Source: Blasia pusilla
Lineage: Eukaryota
Direction: 5' to 3'
Assembly (NCBI GenBank): GCA_050084515.1
Contig: CM114271.1
Coordinates: 30,504,001-30,568,000 of the forward strand
DNA: 64,000 bases
The notes under the pieces are model-generated. The model ran no database searches and had not been told where the DNA came from. It saw only the letters and a list, made by a program, of their open reading frames with translations. Numbering within the stretch: position 1 is the first letter of the stretch; each line of letters opens with the position of its first letter. The translations under genes and the position numbers were made by a program. This document shows positions 41,259 to 54,900 of the stretch, in pieces.

Positions 41259-42996
41259 CATCTATAAGAGATGACAAGCCTTTTGTATATGCATAAGTAA
41301 GTAATCATTTAATTTTAATTGTGGATTGTGATTATAACTCACACGAGTCACAAAACCAAGGATACCATGGGCCTAAGTCTTTAAGAACTTTCTCCTTTTG
41401 AAAACATGCTCACATCTTTATATCAAGGTTTTGAAGATTCAACACCTTTGCTTATCACATTGAATAGTTGTAGGTGAAACTAGCTCTTTCCCATGGAGAA
41501 AAAAAATATGGTGGAAATAATGCGAAGGATGCTAACATGCTATAATATAAGCTTGGGAAGAGCAATTCATCAAATTGAATAAGCGTGAAAAAGAAGTGGA
41601 AGGATTAAAAATTCATATCAAATTTTTTGGGATGCGTCTTCCTCATGTCATAAAATGTGCAATCCCAAACCTCCCCTCAACCTCCCCCAACATGCGGGTT
41701 TCTTTGAACATATGCCCCGCAAGGGCCCACATCCTCTAGAAGGTACTTGTTAGATGCATAAATGACCCAACTGTCTAATTTTGTACTTATTAGTATTTTC
41801 AAAGGACCACTACAAAAGTTTTATATCACATAGTTGTTAGTCAAGTAGCAAATTGAATAAAGATAATTTAAGGCTTACTTGTAAAACGTATGAAATTTTT
41901 CTTGGCATAAATACCATGTATAAATTAACTTCAATTATTTTGACAACACAACCAAAGTAAGGAATTTCGACCCTCAAAATCACATTATGAAAATCCAAGA
42001 TAGTAAATACGGTCTTCAATATTTTTACATTGAGCCAGAAAAAACTATAGATTAAAACTCCAAATTTTGACATAATGAGATGTCTAAGGAATACAAAAAC
42101 AAAAGAAGGTTGAACCCAAATTTTTTTTGAGAAAATAGCTATTGGCGACATGTAGGGGAATTCATGGGACCCATTACTTTTGTGAGAATCCTTCCAAATG
42201 AGTTGAAACAAAGTTTTACTTTTATCCATCTCGGAACACACATTCAAAGACCATTTATTTTCCTCTTTATCAATTTTTATCATCAAAAAATCGATAAAGA
42301 GGTACTTACTTTAAAAATTACTTAGTTTCACAAAAATTAAAATAAGAATTTGAGGTCCAAAATAAATTTTTAGTCAAACCTAAGTTAGGCTGATCAAGTA
42401 GTTGGACTATTGTTGATTATTCCATAACTTCCGCATAACTCTATACAAAACATCCAAAAAATTGACCACATTTGATTTTCAAAATCAATATTATATATTA
42501 GTTGATTAGGGAAAATTGAAATCCTCTTCCCTTATTTCCTAGCTAAAGATATGAAAATTTTACGTATCAATCCCCAAAAACTTTGAAAGTACAAATAAAG
42601 AAGTTAAAATAGCCATTATCATGCCCAACCAAAACTAGGAAGTATTGGGCTTTGATCTTCTCATGCGCTCTGTTCCCAACTATTTTGGTTCACTTTGTCT
42701 CCTTAAATCCATGTTGAAAGTTGAAACTATAGTTATCCTTAGTTAATTTTGCATAATCATGAGACACACAAGCCTCAAAATTTTTGCAAGTCTTTCAATC
42801 AATACTAATAAGACTCTAAGGCTCTTCTTGGGAGCGAAAATTCATAATCTAAAAGAAGAATATGTTACAAAATGGGGTTTTATCAACTTTTATGCAAATC
42901 CAGCTGGGTCCATCATATCATTCACATATGCGGCCAATGTAGTACTAATAGTTGTGAAGTTGGATAGATTAACTTGAAGTTTTTTCCTATAGTGGC

Positions 42997-43027
<31 letters not shown>

Positions 43028-43682
43028 TTATGCCCACCCAACCTGAAAATAAAAATATAGAAGTGACCTAAAATCATCATCACCACCCATATAGTAGAAA
43101 TATAGAAGTTGACTAAACCATTATCGTATCCAACCAAACCCAATTTTCAATTATACATTTTCTTGTCACCAAGTGGGAGATAACTCCAATCTCTCCCTTG
43201 ATAAGTATGCCATGTTATTGAAGAGTTCAAAGTCATTTTAGTGTTCATAAACCACTTTAAAATTCATTTCTACCATAAAACAACTCGACGGGAAAAACTA
43301 TCGGGAAATGTTTAAAAATACGCGAACACGGAATTCCCACTTGAACAAAATTTGTGACGTAGTTTCATGGGGAATCAAACTTTGAATGAAAGATCCGATA
43401 CGCCATAAAGATGTGGGATGCAGTAGGGAATCACCGCTGCGTCCCACATCTTTATAGCGTATCCAACCAATCGAATCTTCATTGCTCGTGGAATTATTGT
43501 GCAAATGTTTCTTACGTATTGCAAGTCAAATACCGAATCACAAGGTTTTATTTCGTAGGGAAAAGCATGTGTCAAGTGGTTTCACGGGGACGATAAAATG
43601 AGCCCCGCGGAAAACGACTGAAGGTTCAAAAAGATGATCTCCAGTAGGGGCCAGAGCCGGGCAAACACACAAGGTTCTGATT

Positions 43683-43756
43683 TGCTTCCACTGAGAGTTG
43701 AACTCAGGACCTCCCGCTTACTAAACGGGTGCTCTAGCCAACTGAGCTATAGAAGC
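43683..43756 (-). tRNA. tRNA-Thr(AGT): tRNA-Thr (anticodon AGT)
   Basis: GCTTCTA-TAGCTCAGTTGGCTAGAGC-A-CCCGT TTAGTAA GCGGG-AGGTC-CTGAG TTCAACT CTCAG-TGGAAGC-A folds into a cloverleaf with A and B boxes. Confidence 0.96.
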
Positions 43757-44504
43757 TATACCATAGGCGCTTTCTTCTCAGTAAAAATAGTATTTCTGGA
43801 ACTATCCGTCCACCGTAGGAGTGTTGTAGAAGCCCTAAAAAGTATTCTCTTTTCCTTTCAATTCAACGCTACCACGAGAAATTTGAGTATGGGAAGAGGT
43901 TAATAGCGGAAAAGAAAAAGGGGAAAACCACTAAAATATAGGAGGATCGTGAGGTGTAAATGGGATGCACTTTTCTTTCATAAAATATAGTTGTAGGCTT
44001 CACATGTTGGTATAAATAAAGCCTTGTTTTAAAAAACGATTGAGTGCAATTCTTAGATTTGTGAAATGACTACATTCCATTTTTCTTAGTTTCTTTCGTC
44101 ATGGTCAACAAGTCATCTGGCTCTGAAAGACCTCAACATGAAAGTTGTCAGAAACGACGTTCCTGACACAATGGACCTATCCTCAACCTCATCAGACACC
44201 ATGGGACAAAGTTACACTCAAGATAGTCCGCTGGCTCCTACGCCCTATCCACGATAGATCTCGGCCTATCAGCTACTCAGATGTGATAGTTGTCGTGCGC
44301 ATACATATCGCTACACAACATACATCGCTTGTCACATCTACACCACATAACATCGATCTTCCCCACACACGGGTCGATCCACACATGTACAAAAATCAAC
44401 TCATACATATACATGGAGATCACACAACCGCCCCCCTAGCTGGCAGTTGGATCCCCCCAACTCCAGATAGAAAATATCACATCTCTCTAACATGACCTAC
44501 TACC

Positions 44505-44646
44505 CTATACACATCTCGGACACATCCATGGTCTCGTGGGAACCACATCAAGAGGGGGGGTCAGACATGACATATGCCACCCTCGAGAACAACCATCACA
44601 TACCAACATGGTGGCCGCACCCCTCGCAGATTCGCACAACATACAC
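44505..44646 (-). other. Intact PHD finger (C4HC3) at element 2 integrase C-terminus
   Basis: Manual translation gives CMLCESARGAATMLVCDGCSRGWHMSCLTPPLDVVPTRPWMCPRCV*. Confidence 0.93.
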
Positions 44647-47600
44647 CTCAAGCCTGTAGGTACCACTCAGATCCACCGTCCCATCTACGCTCGGAAGATG
44701 ACATGGCGCACACTTGCGCACATGATCCTTCCAAACCATACCATCCCGTCCCTCCAACATGAGGACTCCGGTCGGTAATACCTCGCACACACGTAGGATC
44801 GTACACCCTACAGTGACATCTAGCGTCGTGGGTGCCACCTGGTGTAAATACACATAATCTCCAAGATGAAACCTTCTAATCCCTGGACAATGACCTCCTC
44901 CACGAATGGTCGCTTACCTCAATGTATCTCTATGCTGGGAAATAGCTAAGTTCTCAAAGACCATAGGCATAACTCTACGAAAAACCTCCGCCCTCTGAGA
45001 ACATGCTTGTACCCACACATCTGGATCATCAAGATCTAACACCTCTGCCATGTCACGTCGAATCGCTGCAGGTAAATCGGGCTCTCTCCCAAAGAGCAAA
45101 AATTACGGTGAAAATGACGCCCAGGATGCCTGCCGACTAAAGCGATAACCCATAGCCAACCATGGCAACTGTAGGTCCCACTCCCTCAACTGTCCCCGCT
45201 GCAAGCCATACGTGCGCAATCCTCTCTTCACCGTATGTACCACTCTCTCCGCCAACCCATCCGCCTCAGGATGATCTCTCGACGTGGTGCGGTGATCTAT
45301 GAGCGCTTGATCACACAGGGCCTGAAACTCTCCCTTGAACTCGGTACCCTGGTCAGTCAACACCTCCGCCGGTGCACCAAAGTGACTAAGCACAGGATCT
45401 AGAAACGCATAAGCTGTTCCCTTGCGCATGCTCGCCTTATATGGTAGTGCCACCAACTCTATCCACTTGGAGAAATGCTCCACCATGACCAACACGTACC
45501 TATGATGACGCCCCGTCAATGGAAAATTAAGGTCCCGCAAAGTCTAAACTCCACGGATAACCTAAACCCATAATCGGCAAAGGATGTAACTGCGGAGTGG
45601 GAGCATTGAAGGATGCTCCCACTCTGTCACATACCATACATCTTGCCACAAACTACTGTATCCCAGTATGCATGCCGTGCCACCAATACTGAACCTGGAG
45701 TAAGTTGTAAGTACGCTTTACTCCAAAATGTCCCAACTCCTCATGGGCATGTCTCACTACACGTGCTCGCTGGGAAGGATGAGGTACCACTCGTATCCTA
45801 CCATCTCCCCATACCCGCAAAATATGAGTCCCCTCCCACCTGAATCTCTTGGCTCTCTGTAGGATCCGATCCCGCTCCCTAGCACTCACTGTACTCGCTA
45901 TGATGCCAGTGCGCAAGAACTCCACAACCTCCACGTCGTCATGGATATTGCGACCACCTATCGCCTCCTCACTAACCTCCGGATCCAAAGACTCATAATC
46001 CAACCTCACCACTCGAGTCATCACCTATGGCTGACCTACCATAGTCAACCAACAAAGATAGGCAGATGCATGCCAACCGGGCACCATCTCCTCATCACTC
46101 TCTCCATGCCATCGAGCTCCTGTGTGGTCTGTCTGACTCGGACATGGGTTACGACTCGGACATGGATTACGACTCGGACATGGGTTGCAAATGGGTTACT
46201 CAACCCATTTGCATCATATGGTTCAGCCGACCTGGCCTATGAACCACCTCAAACTCCTGTAGTAATAGAGCCCACCCGGAAAGCTTTCCCGTAAGCTTGT
46301 CGGACTCCTTCAACCACCTCAACGGCTGATGATCACTGATAAGTGTGAAAGGGTTGCCGAATAAATAGCACTTGAAATGTGCCACGGCCCACACTGCAGC
46401 CAAGTACTCTCCCTCGTAGGAGTTGTACTTTTCCTCTTCAATGTTGTTTGATCGGCTCGCGTAAGCGACAACGAACTCCCTCTCCTCGTCATCCCTTCGA
46501 GTAAGCACTGCTCCTAGACCCAACATGCTCCAATCCGTATGTAACAGGAATGGGCGACCCCTAACCGGTCTCTGTAAAATGGGTGAGGACGTCAACCTGT
46601 CCTTGAGCTCCTGAAATGCTCGCTCCCAATCATCTCCCCACAACCAAACCTGATCAAGTCTCGTCAACAAGGTCAAAGACTTTGCGATCGCACTAAAACC
46701 CTTGACATACCGTTGATAGAAGTTCGCCAGTCCAAGAAATGCTCGGACTCGACTCACATTTGTAGGGAGTGGAATCTACGCAATAGCCTCTACCTCGGGT
46801 ATATGGTGTGTCCCAAGTACTTAATCTGCTCCTGAAAGAATCTGCACTTGCCTGGATGTAACTTCAGCCCATGTAACTGCAATCGCCGAAACACCTCCTC
46901 CAAATGTTGCTCATGCTCCTCAACCGTGGAACTGAAGATAAGAATATCATCTATGTAACATCGTACAAAATCCAAGCCAACCAAAATCCTATCCATTACT
47001 CTCTGAAACTCTGCAGGCGCGTTCTTCAACCCAAATGGTAAGAACCGCCATTGATACAAGCAATCTCTCCCAAACCGATCTATCCCCCAGAATGTTGTCT
47101 TCTCCTTGTCCTCCAACCTGATAGGAAGCTGATGATAGCCAACACGGAGATCTAAAGTACTGAAGATCTTTGCATGCCCTACCTCATCAAAGATCTCCTC
47201 AGGAGTAGGCATGGCATACCGATCGGACCTCGTCTGTGGGTTGATAGGACGGTAATCTCCACACATCCGCCTATCTGTCCAATTGCCAAACATATCCTTC
47301 TTTGTCGGCATGATTGTGGCAGATGCATACTCCCCATGTGATAACTCCACAAGTCCTGCCTCCAACAATTCCTGACTCCTGCTCTCAATCAAGGCTCGCT
47401 CCATATCAGAATACTTGTAGGGTCGACGAAAGATCGGCGTATCACTAGCCAACTCAATCTGTATCCCTGGACCCTTCAGCGTACCCAAGTCTCTCATACT
47501 GAAGGCAAAACAACTAACATGCCCTCTCAGAAACCTATGAACTTGCCGTCGCTCTCCTCCTATCAACTTGAGACCTATCATAGGCTGCCAAGTCTCCATG

Positions 47601-47899
47601 GTGACCTTACTCGTAGAGGACGCAACCTCCGGCTTTGGTTGCTATGTAGCAACCCTAGCCACCTCCGCAACAGCCACTCCACTATGATCTCCTACACCAT
47701 GCTCCGCATCCAAAAAATGAACATGTGCTACTCTAGCCGCCTTTGCACTCTCTGCTCAAACAACGTCCCAAGAAGTCCATGGGTGCCTATCTCTCCTCGT
47801 CTCGCCCCCAGCCAATGCCTCTACAGACCCTGTAGGAAATGGTCCAACTCGTGGACGTGACGGCATGGATGACACTCGCATCCGTCTCTCCTCAGCCAT

Positions 47900-48860
47900 A
47901 CTTAGGCTGACTATCCATGTGAGACAGTTGAGGTCCATCGCCTCCCCCAACACCTATCTCTGGGATGCCTTAGTCATCCCTGGCACCGCCGTAGTACTGG
48001 TAGCAAACCCCATGGCGTGCTCGCGCTCATCTGTTGTAGGCTCCTCCAATGCGCCGGTCACCTCATCCCAAATCATGCATGGCCCTCCCTGACGAAAGGC
48101 ATGGGATGCTGGGAAGCTCACCAACGTAGGTAAGGCTACCCTCAACTCCCCCACCCTATTGGCCCTGGCCAACGGTGGTCTATCATCCCGTGTCACCACA
48201 AGAGATCGATGCATTGAGCCCAAAATAGCATCCACTGTGAGATGTGGTGCTCTCTAGACTCCATCGTATGCTCGACTAAGTACCTCTGAAGGTATCAGGT
48301 TCGTCCACCACAGTCGTGGACGATGGGCACGTGATCCAACTCTCGCCGCATCTTATAACACAGCAGGTCCCAACCAGGACCTCACCTGATGCACACTCGT
48401 CATCACACGTGCACGAGTGTCTCCCAACAACGGCACGTTCTCCAAAATGTACGTTGGAGAACATGTCTGACTCTCTTGCAAGTGTTGTACTACTCGCAAC
48501 ATCTCCCAAAACATCCCTGACCTCGGATCCTGCAATCCAAATCCTTGGCCAGTTGATGAATGACCCTGACATGGCCATCCAGCAATCACCAAATGAATGG
48601 TGCCAACTTTATCCAGATCTTGCGCCCCCACCAAAGAGATGTCGGCGGGTAGTGTATGCTGATATCCACGTACTGCAGATACCGGCAACAACTCAGGATA
48701 CCTCTGGACCAATCGTGCCAGGTGACGTAATGATACTCGCCGCGCAGTCTCATCTCTCTCCACATAAAGGTAGTGATGCATCCGTATGCCCGCCTGCAAT
48801 ATTGCAGCAAATCTGGTGATAATCCCTCCGAAGAGATCTAATACCCTAACACCCTCCTTT
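47900..48860 (-). pseudogene. DNMT3-like C5 cytosine methyltransferase domain in element 2 pol (catalytic motifs intact, 3 in-frame stops)
   Basis: I RVLDLFGGI; II YVERD; III ADIS; IV LVIAGWPCQG; SGMFWE; VI ILENV; VIII AHRPRLWWTNL; IX EREHAMGF; X VLGEAM. Confidence 0.95.
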
Positions 48861-51800
48861 GGGCACTGCCACATAACGGGTGTGGTATCCAGTGGAGTCA
48901 ACGTCTCCACTCCAAGAGCCCGATTGCCACGTGACTCTCGCTGCTCCGGGATAAAAACATGACTCCACGCCTGCCTCACGAGGTCGTCGGCACTCCTATG
49001 TAGCTCTGGAGTCGTACCCCACAATGGTGAAGAGGTCTCGCCAACATGGGAAGAGACACCGGCCATGGCCTATCTCTCTGTGGAACTATCCGCTACTGGG
49101 ACATCCTCCGCATGTACATTCCCCTCCAACAACTCTCCTCGCCAGCTAACACTACCTGTGAAAGCCGCCAACGTGGTCACAGACTCGCCTCGTGATTCAC
49201 CACCTCGTCCTGCAAACTGCACGGGTAACTGACTCATCTGGCCGTCACTTGACCGCCACCTTGGCCGATAAGCAATGATTTCCTCCTTGAAGTCCAAGAT
49301 GAATCATAGGGGATATAACACTGTACTCCCCACGAACACATCGTACGACTCAGCTGGTGTCGTAATCGCACGTGTGCGCACCATAGCACTATCCGTCGCA
49401 TGCTCTGGCTGGACTCTGACATATATATTGCGTGGGTGACACGCCCCCAATCGAGGTCTGTATCTAGAAGGGACAAGGGTCAATGTCGGCCTTCCGTAAC
49501 CCCAACGCTAAACACGCGGCCTTCCCTAATATCAAGGGTTGCGCTTCCGAATCAAGTAGGACGCGCTGCGGGTGGTATACTGTCCCCGTCGGACTAACCA
49601 AGCGAAATACTCTAGCTCGGTTATCCAGTAACACAACTCCAGGTGTCACCATTGCTCGCTCTATGGCCGGTCGAACTGGCATATTGTGATACCCACAATT
49701 TTGTACTTTTGAAGAAATATACCTTTTTATTCAAGGAAGACTTGTATATACATTATGATTTTGATTATTATATATTATTATGGGGAGGAATGAGTAAGAT
49801 TAAAATGAATCACGAAGCTCCAAAGACAAGGCAGAGAGATAGAAAATCAAGGATTTGCCTAAGAGGTTAGGAGAATAAAATAACGAAGTCTCAAGACCCA
49901 GCAAGAAGCTTCGGAATGACAACGAAGCTCTGTCTACGAAGTGCTTTGCTCTATAACGAAGCATGAAGAAGAAGAGAAAGAAGTACTTCGCTCTTGTACG
50001 AAGCACGAAGAACGAACCACCTAGAACAAGAACAAAGAATGGAGTGCTTCGTCTTCAGATCAGGAGAAAGAGCTTCGTCCTCAAGCAAAGCAAAAGAGGT
50101 CCAGACTTAGCAGCGAAGCAAAGCCAAGATTGACAATGATTTCAAGCGACACATAGTTAGAACAATTAGAATAGGAAAAGACGCAACCCTTTGTATCAAA
50201 TTGGTAGTTATAACAGTTTTGTTCTGCGGATTCATAGGGATCATAGGAAAAGCAAAGAGCACCATAGATCTAGGTAGTTACAAATGTTGAAGAGCCATCA
50301 GCTTCATAAAAAACGCTTCGAATCTTTGGATCACTCCTCCTTCAGAGAGTATTTAAGAAGCATAGAAGTAGCTATCATTATCATTCTCTTACGATGTCCT
50401 CATGCTGTAGGAATGGTCCAAGCAAGGGAGTAGTACCCTCTCGAGCTTGTATACACTTTGAAGCTTTTTCATTCTTGACGGAATAGTGAAGCAATCATTC
50501 ATTCATTCTGATGTGCGATGCTTATGTTTGAGTATTCTTATTGGGTCTGCAGAGTGAAGAGTGAATTAGGCGAACCTTTCTCATCAATATCATAATCAAC
50601 ATAAAGATTGTAGGAAATCTGTTTGACAGAGAGTAGCCTGCCGAGACGGATTTAGTTCAAAAAGTAGGAGAAGCCAGCTTTCATGTTGAGGTCTCTATGA
50701 GGTTTCTTGATATCGAGAGGAAATCTACTTGAGCATGCCGTTAACTCCACTAGAGAGAATTGAGAAAAGAAACTTTGGTACTAAGAAAGATCTGAAGATA
50801 TTGATAAGACATTGAATATAAATCATACACATTTAAATACAACTATTACGACAGAATTGTAATTTCGAACTCTCTTTTCATCAAACAATGATCCTCTTGG
50901 GGATTAAACTTATTAAATGACTGTAAAATAGAAACTCTTGTACATTACACATATCTACCAACTTCGCCGCCGCCGCATGCCATGACTCTGTGGGGAACGT
51001 CCCGAGCACCAGCTCTGAGGGAAAGTCCACCACCTCCTCAACTACCTCTGAACAAGAAGCAGTCATCTCTCCACATTCACACAACGTGGCGGCCATCGGA
51101 ACACCTCAGCTGGTCCAACTCCCAACGTCGCCAACTCTATGGCGGAAAATAGTGGATTCTGACTCACTCTAGTGGCCACCTCTAACACTATGGTCGACAC
51201 TGACTCTACTCGAGCCGGCATAGGAGTTGTCACTCCAACTCCTCGTTACGTCGACGTAGGTAAGACCATCTGCTATCTCTAGCTATCCCCCTGAGACAAT
51301 GGATGAAATAAGATAACAACCGGTTTGCTGCATTGGTGCTAGAAAAGATAGAACAATTAATTAGTATTGTCAAAGAACCAGTCGCCGAATGGTGCTTCGC
51401 CCATGAACGTCAGTTGTACTTGGTGATGACTTGGTACTTCTGTTTATGGGAGGAAAACCTGGCAGGAAGATTAAGAGCACCTGCACACTCCTGTAGGCTT
51501 TAGGAATTAGGAAGATCTAATTTCCCTCCATGGACCCCTACCTTGTGGCGATCGTGGGTACAAAAGCAAGCTCCCGAATCCCAGAAGGGACTCATGGAAG
51601 TCTCCCGGCCCTCTTTGCGAGATCAGCGAGCTGATCGACGCAATAAGCAATAAGAAGATCATCCGTCTTGGAGACCGCCGGGGGTGTCTCCCAGTCTTCG
51701 TCTTTGCATGAAGCCCAAGAGCAGGAAGAGGGACAGGAATACGCTCCCCACCACCTCTCCTGTCAGTTCGTAGTCGGACGAAGAGTCAACCTGGAATCCC

Positions 51801-51905
51801 TTTGGGGACTCGGGGGACTCGGAGCCGACCAAATCAACTAGATCGGAACCGCTTCCTCCTCCCTCCCGAGCATCAAGCCCGGGACCCAGCAGCAGATATT
51901 TCCCA

Positions 51906-54900
51906 ATGGCCAACACTAGGAAGACGCTGCTAAGATACCCCACGTTTGCAGCGGGACGGCGAGATGATGTTGACAACTTTGTGCTTGAATTTAACCATGT
52001 ATCCAAGGCTAATGGGGAAGGGTTAGAGGAGAATTTGTTGCGAGTCTTTCCTGGCATGCTTAAGAAGCAAGCAAGCCAATGGTACGAGGGTCTCAGAGCG
52101 GACGTCACGGAAACTTGGAAAAAGGTACTGGAGGCCTTTCTTCATGAGTTCCGTGACTTGGAGTTCGAGGACAGGCTTCTAACAAATCGTCACGACCTGA
52201 AACGTAAAAAGAAGGAAACTCTCATGGAATACACCCAAAGGTTTCAAAGCGTGGTGAATAAACTTGAACACACTACTACCTCATAATTGGTAGATTGGTT
52301 TGTGTCGGGACTGTCCAAAGAAATGGACCGGTACTACCGGCGAGGCCAACAAGATTCCCTGGAAGCAGTCATAGCCTCCGCAGAGGCATACGAGGCCTCA
52401 AAGAAGTCCCGTAAAACACGAAGACGGCGTCATCAACGACAAGGTTCTTTGCAAACAAGTGCTTCGTCGGAGGACGAAGCGTCTTCCATGACACAGAATC
52501 CTCTATTGGGGACACTTCGGAGTCCTCGGACTCCGGAAAAGATTTAAAATCTAAGCGGAAAAGAAAAAGCACGCGCCACCACTCGCCTTAGCATCGAAGG
52601 AAAACCCGACCAACAAAGCACCTTCCGCAGCGGTCGGAAAGTCCAGTAAGGGGGACAACGGGGAAGGCAAGCAAATCTGCCATTGAAGAGCTAAGTAAAC
52701 AAATGGCCGAATTGAAGGTACATCTGGCGGCCCAGAAGGATCCCAGAAGACGACCAGGTCTGATGAGGCCCAACATCTGGTGCAATACCTACGGAACCCA
52801 AGGGCATACTGCTCAGGAATGTCATACTCACAGAGATTTACGTTGGATCCAAGAAGATCCAACTATAGAAGAAGGGTGGTATGAACCCGAACAGTGGGAA
52901 GGGTGCTATGCAATCCAAGCTGTGCCACCACCTAATCCCGGACGAAGTTGGATCATCCAATATGTGCCTCCAAAATACAGGGAACAGAGACCCCTAAGAC
53001 AGATTATGGGCGCGGCAGCCTTCACGCCACCCATAAAAAGGAATTGTTGTTATAATTGCGGGGCAGCTGACCATTGGGCTAATAATTACACCACGAGGTA
53101 CAAGAATCAGACCGCTGGGACCCCCAAGGCAAGGAAAGATGCTTCGTCTTCGCGCGAAGCTAAAGACCCCAAGACGAAAAGTGTCAATGTCTTCCGCGCC
53201 GGGAAGGTCATCCTAAAAGGTGATGTTGACCCGGCCTTCGATCGAAGTCACCCTAAGTACTTCCATCAGGATATTGAGGACCAGGTTCGGGCTCAAGTGT
53301 GCCAGGACCAAGGGCCAGAATGGAGGCAGACCACAGAGAAGACGAGAACCGGAACGATTCCGGCCATGCAAGCCATCGTGACGTCACCTCTGGTCTTAGA
53401 AGCCTACGACTTACTCAGGGACTTGGCGTCAACCCCGGCCAATATAACCCTGCTGCAATTATTAATGCATAACCCTGTGTACGGCAAACTTTTGCAGCAG
53501 TGGAAGATAAGCCGCATAAAACCCAAGAAGTCTGCAAAGAATCTACTAGTAGTGGATCTGTTCCGTATCGAAGTGGAAGATTTGGGAGCCCCAGAGGTAG
53601 AAGTGGAGATTGAAGGATACACCATTAAGAAGGTCCTCATTGACTTAGGAAGTGGAATTAACATTATGACGGAACAGACAGCCCGGGCACTAGGATACAC
53701 GGAGTACGAGCCCACCGACAAGTATCTGCGGTTCGCGGATCAGTCCCGGAAGTGACCCCTTGGACAGCTCACTCAAATCCCGACCATGCTTGGCCGGGTG
53801 CTATTTCTATTGGACTACTTAGTATTGCAGCCCCTAACAGCCACTGGCTATCCTTTGCTTATTGGAAGACCCTAGCTGTACGATGCGAGAGTGACTACGG
53901 ATTGGAAAAGGAGACGATTCACGTTCTAGGCTCCGGACCTGGTCTCAAAACGATTCATCAAGCTGTCGTGGAAATCACGACCACCCCAAGGAGAAACGCC
54001 ACCAACCGATGAAGGCTATACGTCAGATCAAGAGCAGACTACAGCTACTAAGTCCTCCTCCAATGTGTATTATTTAGAATGTTACGAGATAGACGAGGAG
54101 TCAGTACCTAACAAACAGAAGTCGACCCGAGAGGAAGAGAAGCTTGGACATAGCACTTTCCAATTAACAGAAAATATGGTTCAAGAAAAGGACTACGTAG
54201 AGGTCTTAATTACAGGTCGGAAGTCTCTACGACTCTCGGCGGATTTGTCTCCAACCAAACTCATTAAGTATAAAAGGTTATTGTTTGAGTATTTGGATGT
54301 GTTTGCATACTCCATGGATGAAATGACAAGCATTCCAGCACGGTATGGTGAACAGTGAAATGACCTAAAAGAAGGTGCGGTCCTGGTACGGATGAGGCAG
54401 TATCGCCTCAACCCGAAGTACTCGTTGTTAGTCAAGGACAAAATCGACCAGCGTCTCGAGGCAGGAATAATTTATCCTCTGTTAAGTAGCGAGTGGGTGT
54501 CTCCCATTGTGATTGTACCCAAAAAAAAAACGGGAAAAATCAGAGTGTGCCAAGATTATCGAAAACTGAATTCGGCCACCTTAAAGGACCATCACCCCCT
54601 ACCTTTCACTGACAGTATTTTGGACAAAGTTGCTGGCCACGAGCGTTATACTTTTTTGGATGGATACTTGGGTTATAACCAGGTATCCATACGAGAAAAA
54701 GATCGGGCCCTCACAACTTTCACCACGGACTGGGGAACTTTTGCGTATCGTGTGATGCCCTTTGGGTTGTGCAATGCGCCAGCTACCTTCCAACGGATGA
54801 TGATCTCCATCTTCCAAGAGTATCTGCGGAAGTTTGTTGAAATTTTCCTGGATGAATTTTGTATCTTCAGTACAGAGGCCGGACACTTGGAAAAATTAGA

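Larger units (their letters stand above)
44505..49682 (-). pseudogene. pol: Element 2 pol
   Basis: VLLDSEAQPL protease; PFGLKNAPAEFQR..YIDD RT; HTDWS..EGE..SDH RNase H; H..LGHFG..YWW, WSLD, TDQGTEF, AERVV integrase; terminal PHD. Confidence 0.95.

Noticed and set aside
47900-48860. Host DNMT3/DRM gene or bacterial restriction-modification methylase contamination
   Set aside because: The domain is intronless, in frame with RT, and at the same position in two retroelements. Its motif order is not the permuted DRM order, and there is no bacterial gene context.
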